From assembly GCA_024704765.1 (NCBI GenBank), contig JAKMXF010000315.1, positions 214,687-278,686 on the forward strand: a stretch of DNA of 64,000 nucleotides, given 5' to 3'. Both the position numbers and the translations under genes were made by a program. This document shows positions 40,305 through 51,800 of this stretch, piece after piece (the first letter of the stretch is position 1; each line of letters starts with the position of its first letter). This stretch comes from Oopsacas minuta. Its lineage: Eukaryota > Animalia > Porifera. The notes below the pieces were generated by a model that was given only the letters and a program-made list of their open reading frames with translations, was not told the origin of the DNA and made no database searches.

Positions 40305-42641
40305 CAGGCTTGTCCAACCTACGGCCCGCGGGACCACAATCCGGCCCGCGAGAGGATTCTATCCCGCCCGCCAACATGCTCGGGAACTGTTACCAGTTGG
40401 TGGCGATATTTAATTGAGTGAAACCTATTTGAGCGAACTCAATTAGGAGAAACCCAATATTGCAAAACCAAATTGAATGAAACCAATTTCTGAAAAGTGT
40501 GATTTCAATAACTTAAAAATCCTTAAATAACTTTGTAATTTAGTTTTGATTGAGTAATCATCTGTCACATAACTGGGTTTCTCTCAACTCGAACAGCTCA
40601 TATAAATTCCAAATAATAAACCATCTTAAACAATATTAAAATAACTACAAAACAAATATGTCAACTCCCGTGATTAAAGCAAAGAAAAGGAAAATTGATA
40701 GTGAATGTCGAGTTTTCAAATCCTCATGGACATTAGATTTTTTCGTCGTAGAACACAACGAATACTTATTGTGCTTGATATGTCAGGAGAAGATAGCTGT
40801 ATTCAAAGAGTATAATATCAAACGACATTACTCTACTAAACATGCAGATACATTTGACACGCTTACAGGTCAGGTGAGAATCGATCGGGTGAACCTGTTG
40901 AAGGATAGCATCAACAGTCAACAATCTTTCTTTAAAGCCGTTAAATTAAGTTCTGAGACAGCAACAAAGGTCAGCTTTCTGATAACAGAAGCGATAGCCA
41001 AGAGTGGAAAACCATTGTCTGAAGGGGAATTTGTAAAAGACTGCTTAGACATATTTACATCTGTGGCATGCCCAAATAAGAAGTCGATAGTAGAGAGCAT
41101 CAGTCTGTCACATCAAACTGTTGCTAGAAGAGTAGATGATTTATCATCCAACATTGAAATTTCACTAATTAAACGACTCAATGCTTGCAAATTTTACAGC
41201 TTGGCCCTTGATGAAAGTACCGATGTTAGCGACACAGCTCAACTGGCAATCTTTGTACGTGGTGTCACAGAAAATTTCGAAATAATCGAAGAACTGCTCG
41301 ACTTATGTCCAATGAAAGGCACAACTACTGGGCAAGATATTTTCAATGTAGTAAAACATGTGTTTACGAAATTCAAACTTGCAGATGAAAAACTAAGTGG
41401 TTTAACAACTGATGGAGCCCCTGCGATGACAGGAAAGCATAAAGGCTTTGTTAGCCTTATGCTCAAATCAATGACCTCTCCTGTTATGACATACCACTGC
41501 ATTATTCATCAAGAACAACTTTGTGCAAAAACCTTAGATATGAAACATGTGATGGAAAATGTCGTCAATACAGTCAATTTCATAAGGTCGAAGGGACTCA
41601 ATCACAGACAATTCCAAGCGTTTCTTGCAGAGATAGGATCAGACTATAACGATGTTATTTACTTTAGCCAAGTTAGCTGGCTCAGCAGAGCGTCCACTCT
41701 AGCCAGATACTGGTCACTACTTGAAGAAATAAAAACATTCATGACCATTAAGGGAAAGGATGTGAGCTTTCTGGATGATGATCAGTGGTTGAATGATCTC
41801 GCATTTCTAGTTGACATAACTAAGTATCTCGCAGATTTAAATCTGAAACTACAAGGAAGAAAACAATTCGTTAACAACCTGTATGAGCATGTCAAAGCGT
41901 TCATCAACAAATTACAATTATTCCACCAACAATTTATTTTGAAAAAGGTGGTATATTTCTCAACATTATCTACAAGAAAAAGTGAGACAGTGAATCATGA
42001 TAAGTATTCTGCACTGATCAACAGCTTAATCGATGAATTTGAACTAAGATTTTCTGATTTTAGTGACAAATTCGATGAAATGGAGTTGTTTGGAACTGAT
42101 GCCACTAATGCTCCTGAAATGTTCCAACTGGAACTAATTGGAATACAAAATAACTCGGAGAGAAAGAGAGCTTTTGCAGAGCATGACCTTCTGACATTTT
42201 ATGGTCAATATGTTACATCGGATCTATTTCCTAATTTATCGCAACACGCCCTTAGGTTCCTTTCCTTATTTGGCAGCACGTATTGCTGTCAACAGCTTTT
42301 CTCAATGATGAAAAATGTTCAAAGCAAGTCTAGATCACTCCTGACAGACACTCATCTATCAGGAATATTACGGATTGCGACATCAAGTGTACGAGCAGAT
42401 ATTGACTCTTTGTGTAAACAAAAACAAAGTCAGATATCCCATTAGATATGTTCTTTATCATTAAAGTTTACTATAATTAAATAATACATGTAGTAATTTT
42501 TCAATTCTGAAATAATCCGTATTAACGCCATCCCCAAATAAATAACATCTTGCTACTTTGATATATCCAATGTCGTGCGGCCCTCAAGTAGATAAAGAAG
42601 CCCTCATTTGGCCCGCGAACAAAAAAGGTTGGACAAGCCTG
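40305..42641 (+). mobile_element. hAT SPIN/GTF2IRD2-like transposon
   Basis: Perfect 16-bp TIR CAGGCTTGTCCAACCT. Perfect 8-bp TSD GTCTATAT (40297-304, 42642-49). Subterminal GGCCCGCG repeats. Confidence 0.95.
40658..42445 (+). CDS. hAT (SPIN-like) transposase, open ORF of 595 aa, probably catalytically inactive
   Basis: BED finger, LALDESTD, TTDGAPAM, HCIIHQ. The conserved VRW reads VSW, and the catalytic CEQ reads CQQ (CAA at 42290-92). Confidence 0.88.
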   Translation: MSTPVIKAKKRKIDSECRVFKSSWTLDFFVVEHNEYLLCLICQEKIAVFKEYNIKRHYSTKHADTFDTLTGQVRIDRVNLLKDSINSQQSFFKAVKLSSETATKVSFLITEAIAKSGKPLSEGEFVKDCLDIFTSVACPNKKSIVESISLSHQTVARRVDDLSSNIEISLIKRLNACKFYSLALDESTDVSDTAQLAIFVRGVTENFEIIEELLDLCPMKGTTTGQDIFNVVKHVFTKFKLADEKLSGLTTDGAPAMTGKHKGFVSLMLKSMTSPVMTYHCIIHQEQLCAKTLDMKHVMENVVNTVNFIRSKGLNHRQFQAFLAEIGSDYNDVIYFSQVSWLSRASTLARYWSLLEEIKTFMTIKGKDVSFLDDDQWLNDLAFLVDITKYLADLNLKLQGRKQFVNNLYEHVKAFINKLQLFHQQFILKKVVYFSTLSTRKSETVNHDKYSALINSLIDEFELRFSDFSDKFDEMELFGTDATNAPEMFQLELIGIQNNSERKRAFAEHDLLTFYGQYVTSDLFPNLSQHALRFLSLFGSTYCCQQLFSMMKNVQSKSRSLLTDTHLSGILRIATSSVRADIDSLCKQKQSQISH

Positions 42642-43044
42642 GTCTATATCACCAGATTAACCCTGACATCGCTAGCGTTTGGTTATTTATGGTCCCAAAA
42701 CGCGCTTACACCAGCGCCAATGTTGGCAGAGCCCTGATGCAATGCAATAGTACACAGGTCTAGTTTATGCAATATTTAGTAAGAGATTGGTTTAATGGAA
42801 CAACAATTTGGGTGTCGTAAGCAACCCCTGGTACCCCAATATTTCCGGGCGGGCCAGAGGCATACCCGGAGTTTCCTGGTGAAATAGCCTAAATTAACCT
42901 TCCAACCCAGTTTCATCTCGGGAATAGTTTGGCTTTTTTAGATTGTCCCCCAGGTATAAACAGGGCTAGCCCAGATTAGGCCCCGGGGTTAATCTAGGCT
43001 AGCCCTGATTATGCCCTCAAAAGGAGATCATCTGTGCTAGCCTA

Positions 43045-44375
43045 CAGAGGTATTCAATATATACCAATCACTGTATATTTTTAATGAAATAGCAGTTATA
43101 AGCTAGTATTACTCAGTGCAATTATATAGAACCCTATTTCAACTTTCTAACAAAACTTAGAGAGAGTTGATCACTTAATTATTTCCCAAATTTCAGTTAT
43201 TTTTTAGAAACCTACATTTTCTCCTTTGCATTTTTCACGGCTTCTTGTCCAAATTTTCGGATCTTGAACAACGAACGTACATCAAACTTCGAACCATTCT
43301 CGAAGTCCCTCCAAAGTCTATTCATGACGAGTTGGCAACGATATGTATAGAAGATACTTTATCGTATTCAACTGTCAGAAGGTGGGTGAGCCTATTTAGG
43401 GAAGGTATGACCTGTGTCCAAGACGCCCCTCGTCCTGGAGCACTAGAACTGGCGACCAACAATGACAAATTGAGTGAAGTAAAGGAATATGTCGAGTCCT
43501 TTCGCATTCTTCGGTTGAGGAGGTAGCTAACTATGTTGGCATTTCAAAGGGAAGTGCACACACAATTCTGAAGGCAGATTTAGAACTGAGGAAGGTACAA
43601 GTGCGAGTGGTACCACATTGCTTAACTTTTCCACAAAAGGCCGCGAGACTCCAAATGGCTAAGGAAAACCATGAAATTTATGAAGGGAGTGACCCTGGCG
43701 GTTATTAGAGATAATAACAGGTGATGAAACATGGATACAATTCAAACCACCGATCAGAAAGCAAGATGGCAGGGTATGGCTAAAGAAAGGAGAGGTACCC
43801 CCAGCTGTTTGTGTGTCCGACTTCCGTGCCCCGAAGGTCTTGTACTGCATATTTTTCGATGGCCTAGGTCCTGTAGCCTAAATCCCTGTTCCCAAAGGTC
43901 AGACACTCACAGGACAATTTTACGCAGATGTGGTGTTGCCTGAGGTCGAAAATATTATCTTAAGTGTCGTCCAAAGACTGGAACTCGCGGTCTCAAAATT
44001 TTGCACGATAATGCTAGACCACATAAATCTTTGGCTCTAGGGAAAAAATTGAAGATATGGGTATGCACGAAGTTCCACATCCACCTTATTCTCCTGATAT
44101 AGCCCCATGTGACTTCTGGCTGTTTAGAAAACTCAAAGATACCCTCACGGACGCGAATTTGAGGATCGGCTCAGCCTTGCTCGGGCAATTTACAAATACC
44201 TTGAAGTCATACCCAAGGATGAGTACAGGAAGACTTTTGAAAATTGGATTAAAGGCTAAATTCAGTTGTAGCGTATAAAGGAGACTCCTTTGAACATTCA
44301 TAGCAAAAATTACCAACTTTACACAAGTATTAATAGTTTTAGTATGGTATGATTAGTGTTTATTGAATGCCCCTG
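43045..44375 (+). mobile_element. mariner (DD34D) transposon, degenerate, nested insertion
   Basis: TA TSD. TIR cagaggtattcaatatataccaatca / inverted caggggcattcaataaacactaatca. Motifs YSTVRRWV, TGDETW, LHDNARPH and HPPYSPDIAPCD. Confidence 0.9.
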
Positions 44376-46423
44376 TAAATTATCCGCAGCTATAGTCCGG
44401 GATAGCGCAGATTACCCCCGGAGTTAATGGTCAACAGATTATGATGTAATCTGCTTGTAGAATACAAGTTGGCACACTTACAATGTGCATATTTGTATTT
44501 CAACTATTATTTACACAAAAGAGCATATTTACTTGTTTGATCCACCAATTATATTTACTATATTGTTTTGATGGATGATCAACCCTACAATCAAATATTG
44601 TATTTTTGTATATCCAATGAAAACATGTATCCAGGAGAGATCTATAAACTTACTTCTTAAAAACGAGTAAAAATGCGAAATCATTCAAACAAACTGTTAA
44701 GCAATATACATGAAGGATGGGCTTCTGATGCATGCTGAAAAGCAAGTTATACGTAAAGTGAAATGGACGCAGTACTCAAAATGTATCATGGTGAGCCTGT
44801 AACTGGTATTCATTTGGTCGTGACAAAACCTACTAGGATACCTATTGGAAGGGTAAATATTTACTAATACATAATTTAAGATTCATCGGGAGCAAACTTT
44901 CACACCCAATGGTAGCTCAATGGCACTGTTGGAGATATGCGTACCATCTCAAGTATGGAGTCTTGTAGAAATTGATCTCATTGGGTCCTTACACGAGAAT
45001 GTAAGTGACAACAAATATATTGTAGCTATTTCAGACCACTTTCCCAAGAGGTCAGAAGCTATTGCAATTCCTGACAAAGCTTCTAAATCTGTAGCTGATT
45101 TCTATACATAGTAGTCTGCAGATTGGAATGTATAGAAACACTGATAAGTGACCAAGGAAGAGAGTTGGTGAAGGAAGTTATTGGTTATCTTCTTGAAATT
45201 CTGCAGACTGAGCATAGAATTCTTCCTGCTTATCATCCTGAAACAAATGGACAACGGAAGGAGATAACAGTACCCTAAATCTGAATTGGTGAAATTGGTA
45301 AATGAAAGAGGTGATGTTTGGGATATGTATATCCCGGGAATACAATTTGCTTATCACACAAGCATTAATGCTTCTACGAAATAGACTCCATTTCAGGCGA
45401 TTTATTGTCGTAGTGCGAAGCTACCCGATTGATTTCTCTATTAAACCCCCAAATAAATTGAGCAGTCAAACCCAAAGTTTTACAGGCGCCCGGCGTGATG
45501 CGTGAAGTTATCAACAGCAAAATTGACATTAATATCGCAAACGTACAGGAACACCTAAAATGAAACTTTGATAGCCATCAATCTAATAGTAAAGTGCTAT
45601 CACCTGGCGCAACTGTGTGCATAAAAAGCAGCAAGCAAATACATCGGATGGGATCGAAGATGGAACCACGCTGGGTAGGTCCTTACAAAATCATTGAGTT
45701 GCTAGATAAAGGTTACGCAATCCTAGAGAATATTAACACAGGTAAGAAGTAAAAATTATATAATATTCAAATTTGAAGAATTATGATTCAAATAACAGAG
45801 CTTAAGATGGTAAATCAAAGAAAATATTTCAATATTACATTCTAAGATTAAGAAACTAGAGCGTACGGATGAGATAGCTATAATTGGATTTGAACAATTA
45901 ATCAAACAATTCGACCCAAACAGACTGTTTTCTCGAATTTCCACTGAATCTAGAAAAATGTTGATAAAGTTTTCAACTTGAATATATGCAAGACCCCAAT
46001 ACTTTGTAAAACCTGACTACCTATCTAAACCTGCGCCGATATACAGAGCTAAATGATGATGGTAATTGCTACTACGATCAATCCGCTGTATCCAAACAGT
46101 TTCCGAAGATAGCCATGTCGTAATTCGTAAAAACAGTCGTCCATCACAGGAGTGGTAGTTTGAGTGAAACACTAAGATTGTATCTTTCTCAAACGGTGGC
46201 CAATTCAGTCAGCGAAGGTGTCATTGACTCCAGTTGTGTATGAACAACGCAGAAGAAATACTGGCCACAGCTAACCTTATTCAGCATGATATCTTTGTGT
46301 ATGCAAAGAGTGAGGATTCTATGGAATGGCATACATACCCTGCTTCTTTTACATTGACAAAACAACAGAAATTGCATTGTATCTGGAAATTAAGCTGAAC
46401 ACTTCAACGTAGTCATCAATATA

Positions 46424-47341
46424 CAGTCAGGGGACAAAAGTATTCGACCACACAAATATATTGTCATAAATTGTATACTCTTTCCCGTTCCTATATATTG
46501 TGTAGTCTATATTCGTAGCTGCTATCTAGTAATTTGTATAGAATAACATATGTTTTTCAAGAATTTCAAAAAAATATTTTAGATTGACACTTTTTGAAGG
46601 TGTTAATCATTAATAATTATTAGATAATTATTGATAATCAAAATATGTGGTAATTCAAAACCTATTAAGAATCTATAATTTCTGACTTGATATTTGAATT
46701 CTACGTAGGCGAGTTACCCCAGGTTGAAATTTCCAATTGGATTGAACAATTTTTACCAAAGTTATAAAAGAATTTCAATTTGTCCCACTTGTGCCACTTT
46801 TTTCAAAAAGTGGCACAGGTGGCAGGAAAAAGCGCCACTACAAGGAAATCAACTAGGGTTAGGAGGAATAAGTCGAAGTAATATTTTCGAATGATATGAC
46901 TATGCTAACCCTTGAATTCCAAAATAACCTCTTGGTAGCGGCCACTTGTGCCACCTTCGGCAAAAGGTGGCACAAATGGCACAAAATTGAAATTCATCTA
47001 TAACTTTGGTAAAAATTGCTCAATCCGATTGGAAATTTCAACCTGGGGTAACTCGCCTACGTAGAATTCAAATATCAAGTCAGAAATTATAGATTCTTAA
47101 TAGGTTTTGAATTACCACATATTTTGATTATCAATAATTATCTAATAACTATTAATAATTAACACCTTCAAAAAGTGTCAATCTAAAATATTTTTTTGAA
47201 ATTCTTGAAAAACATATGTTATTCTATACAAATTACTAGATAGCAGCTACGAATATAGACTACACAATATATAGGAGCGGGAAAGAGTATACAATTTATG
47301 ACAATATATTTGTGTGGTCGAATACTTTTGTCCCCTGACTG
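46424..47341. mobile_element. Tc1-type foldback MITE (918 bp, about 355-bp TIRs)
   Basis: TA|CAGTCAGGGGACAAAAGTATTCGACC...inverted|TA. Arms are nearly identical. Two internal GTGCCAC-n-GTGGCAC hairpins. No ORF. Confidence 0.9.
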
Positions 47342-48824
47342 TACATTGATACTAGAAACATAGACAATTTTGCTAGTTTATACCCAGGGGGTTAATCTAG
47401 GCTCAGAAGGTATAATCTGGCTAGTTGAGTTTAGACCCCGGGAATAAACCAGCCTAGTCAAGTTTATACCCGGATATACTCCGGCGCTAATGCATTATAT
47501 ATAATAATAAATATATTTTAGATGATCAGAATCAAAATTTTCCTTCATTTCTCCAACCTTTATTACAAAATTTTAGACTTTCATTGAATATTTATGTGCA
47601 TACATAATATAAACCACCTGGGTTTTGGTCGTGACAATGTAGTGATATTCTATATTGAATGCCTAAAATCTATATTACTGGAACCTTACAAGTTCTAACG
47701 TCAATTTACAAATTAATTTATATTAGTGGCCAGGTCCGTATCAAATCAGTTTGATTTGGAAAAAGACTCATCGTTTATCTACCAACTCATTCAAAAAAAT
47801 GAATTGATATTGCCAAATAATAATGAGTGAATAAGTCGTGAAATCTATTATACACTACAAATATATATATACATATATATATTAGACCATGTAGAATAAA
47901 TTACTTGTTTCATCCAGAATTTCTACGGAAACTGGGACAGCGGGAGGTATTATATTTTTATTTTTATAGGCCACTTAATATGTAAAAATGATTACCATAC
48001 AATTATTCATCACATACTCTCTGGGAATAAAAATATTGAGTATTTCCATACAAGTAGTAAAATTTACATTGCACAATCTGTGACCAAGGAATTGCCCATA
48101 AATTTTGAAACTCCAAAAGAAATGAGACAAAATTAGGCATATGCGCGGATGACAAACAAGAAATTTCTTTTCATGGCCTGATTTAATGTATTTTATTTAT
48201 TATTTATGTTACATTTTGGTTTGCCCTAATGCGATCACGAACCATAAATTTAATGAAATTAGCACATTCCACGAAAGTTAGGAGCGGCCCTCAAATAGAA
48301 CATTATGGATTTTTAAGAATATATGCTGTATACCATATATTTACAAATGAGTAGCGCATGCGCTGCATTAACAGATAAAATTTTGGAAAAAGTAGGCTCT
48401 CAAATTACATCCTATAGTGTAAAGAAATCCGCAGGTACTGATATTTATTTTGAGTTTTGTTACTTATTTCCACTTCCGGTACAACTATAGAATCCGACAC
48501 GCCCCAACTTTTTTAATGTAGTCAAAAATCGCTATATGCACCGTTGAGGAACTCGTTGAAAGAAGCTGATAGAGCTTTCGAACTCAAAAATCGGATGGAA
48601 ACTGACGAAGTTACGAAAAATCTCCTAAATAAGCCAAATCCTATGGAGAAAATTGTATTATGTAACGCTGACGCATTATTAGTAAACCATAACATAATAT
48701 ACTAGTAGGTTAACGTAGTACTCCAACCTTTACACAGTAGTTAGTAACTTAGGATAGACCTGATCTTATTTGTATTTCTATTAAACACTTACCCCCAGCT
48801 TGTTAAACTATCGTTGCGTCACAT

Positions 48825-48835
48825 AAATACAAATA
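48825..48835 (+). promoter_or_regulatory. Candidate self-priming primer-binding site
   Basis: AAATACAAATA, 1 nt after the 5' LTR end, is the exact reverse complement of LTR positions 48767-48777 (TATTTGTATTT). There is no TGG start as expected for a tRNA PBS. Confidence 0.65.
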
Positions 48836-48852
48836 TTCAGCGTCAAGATAAG

Positions 48853-51800
48853 ATGGCCGCACCCATGAATATTTCAATCCCACCCCTGAAACCGGGAGAA
48901 CGTATAGAAGAATGGCAACCACTGTTTGTAGCTGCAACTAGCGCGCTTGCAGCCCATGCTGGTGACAAGGCAGTCATCCAGATCTTGCCTTCGTACGTAT
49001 GCAGGGACGAGTTTGAGAAGGACACGACGCTGTTAGCTATAAAGGAAGAAACAATTGAAGCAGCATTCAAAGTTCTCAGCAACGCCTTAGACGCCCCAAT
49101 CGATGAGTTCGACGCTACCTCAAGATTCCGTAGTATGGTATGGGCGAGAGGAACACGTATCGAAGTGTTTTTTACACGGTTATGGAAGGAAGCAAAACGA
49201 GCAGGGTTTCTCAATCAGCAAGTCTGCATAACGTTAGTAACTCAACTCCCAGGCAAGGCGTGTTCAAGTGTAAAGAAGTGGGTACGCGAACGAGTCGTAG
49301 TAACTGATGAGCAGATGCGGGAGTTTATAGGTTTCGTTCAACAGAATTTGCGCCAGGCTGATGTGCTTTTAGATTTTGGAAGTCGAGAAGCTCCCGAGGA
49401 AAAAACGGTCGGTCAGTGCAAAGTGGTTACCGAAGAAGCAAAGGAAGACCAGCAGTCGAACGATTCAGATGCAGATCCAGTAACCCCTCATGTGTGGAAG
49501 GTCCGACAATACGGAACCGAAAGGAGGGCCGAGCGAGGCTACAGAGGCGCATCGCGTGATTACTGGCAAATAACCTGTTTTACGTGTGGCAGAAGAGGGC
49601 ATGGTTACCAGAGATGTCCAGATCGGATTTGCAAAGGGTGTCATGGGAAGGGGCATGACGTAGAAGATTGTACGACCGAATGGCGAGGTAACATCGGAAG
49701 AAGAGGAAGGAAGTTCATAAGAAAAGATTTCGTAAAAGAGTTGCGAGTTGGCAACCAGGTAGACGAAAGAGCCGCATCCATTGTGGTGAGGATCGGGGAT
49801 AGCGACATTCGCGCCCTATTAGATACAGGAGCGAAGGTCAATGTTATGGACGTGCAAACCATGCGGGAGTTAGGATTGACCAACCGCTTAAGGCCCGTAA
49901 CTGGACAAGTTTATGGGGTCGGTGGAGCACCGGTTACAGTTGTTGGAAAGATGGACGTTCCGATTAGGGTGAGCAATGAAGAAGCCCATTGGACGCGAGT
50001 ACACGTATTAGAGGGCGAAGAACAAGCTTTGTTATTGGGACGGCAATTTCTCAAGTCTTTTGGACGCGTAACGTTTGATTGGGACGAGGGGTTATTATAC
50101 TGGGTAAGATCAAGATTGATATACAGGAACAGGCAATTGGAGGGGACCCACTGGCCAGAGCACGCTCGGTAAAACAGATAAGCAACTTCGAGGACGATGA
50201 GAGAGTCGAAGGCAGCCAGACCGACTTAAAGGGCGAATAACAGACGAAGTTTGCAGCTTTGGTGAAAGAATTTGAGCCGCTATTTAACGATATGCCAGGG
50301 CGAACCACATTGTGTGAGCATGTGATAGAAACGAAAGATGCAGCACCAAGCCGAACGAGATGCAGAAGACTGCCGCCGCAATGGGAAGACGAAATCAATG
50401 CGCAGTTGGAGGAATTATTGAGTCGAGGATTATGCAGACCCTCAAAATCACCGTGGGCGAGTAACGTAGTTTTGGTCACCAAAAAGGACGGTAAGAAGCG
50501 TTTCGCCATTGACTACCGCGGGTTGAACAGTGCAACAAAGAAGGATGCATATGGCATACCACAGGTACAGGCTATTTTGGACAGGTTGCAAGGTTTTCAA
50601 TATTTTTCGGTAATTGATATCTCAGCAGCGTACTGGTGTGTACCCATGCGAGAAGGAGATATAGAAAAGACGGCGTTTAACACTCCGAGAGGCCTTTTTG
50701 AGATGACAGTTATGCCGTTTGGATTGGTGAACGCACAGGCTACCTTCCAAAGACTTATGGACAATACGCTACAAGGGGTCAAGCGCTCAGAGTCATATAT
50801 TGATGATTGTATAATTTATTCCCATTCCTTTGAGCAACATATGGAGGACCTACGCACAGTGCTGACCCGCCTGCGCCAAGCCAAGCTTCACGTAAAGCTA
50901 CATAAATGTCAGTTTGCGCGTAAAGAAGTCGAGTTCCTAAGGCATGTCGTATCCAGAAGTGGTCGAAGACCCATAAGTTCCGCGGCTGAGAAACTAGCCA
51001 ATTTCCCAAGGCCCCAAGGAGTAACAGAACTGCAGCGTTTTTTGGGCAGCCTGAATTTCTATCGTTCATACATCCCGGAGTTGGCCCGTTTAGCCACGCC
51101 CCTCTACGAATTGACAAGAAAAGGGGCTAATTGGGTGTGGAGTAATAAATGCGAGAACGCGTTTGACTCCCTGCGGCACAAGCTGATTCAAGAACCAATA
51201 TTGCTGGCATTCCCAGCCTGGAAGGAGAAATTCGTGATTGAGGCAGATGCCAGCACCACGGCTGTAGCAGCAGTATTGTCTCAACGAAACGCGGAGACAG
51301 GACAGTTGCACCCCGTAGACTACTTCTCATCCTCACTTAGCGGCGCGCAAAGGAATTATAGCGCGGGGCAGCTAGAAGCATGGGCACTTGTCTCCGCTTG
51401 CCGGAAATGGCGGACCTACTTAGGAGCCAGAGGTGAAGTTGAACTAATAACAGACCACTGTCCATTAAAATGGCTGCGCAACCAAAAGGATCCTCGGAGG
51501 ACATTCGCCAGATGGATCCTAGAGTTGGAAGAATATTCGTATGTCATAACCCACCGACCCGGCAAAGAGAACAATTTACCAGACTATTTAAGCAGGAATC
51601 CAAATGTAGCAGTCGACGAGAAAGTCCAAGATGAGAGTATCTTCGAGGACAAGGTCTTTACAGTAAAGACTAGGGTTAGAGTGGAGACCAGGTGGGATGC
51701 GGTTTTAATGCGGAAACAACAGAACCAGGACGCAGTAACGAAAGACGCACTTAATCAACTAGAGACAAAGGGAAGAGTTAGCACCGGACAACTATGTAAT

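Larger units (their letters stand above)
42820..47500 (+). mobile_element. Putative Ginger1-like transposon (Gypsy-type integrase plus OTU protease), degenerate, boundaries approximate
   Basis: Integrase remnants at 44600-45745 (YP..., H....G.HFGRDKT, IDLIG, YHPETNGQ, TPFQ, GPYKII) with no RT or gag seen. OTU remnants at 46050-46423 (DGNCYY, EEILATANLIQHDIFVY, EHFNVV). Related repeat blocks in inverted orientation at about 42950-43040 and 47370-47490. Confidence 0.65.

Noticed and set aside
48347-48435. Possible first exon of the Ulp1-PHD gene upstream of the Merlin insertion (ATG, GCGCATGCGC palindrome, GT donor)
   Set aside because: It is short, with no homology support and no confirmed in-frame acceptor, so it cannot be distinguished from chance.
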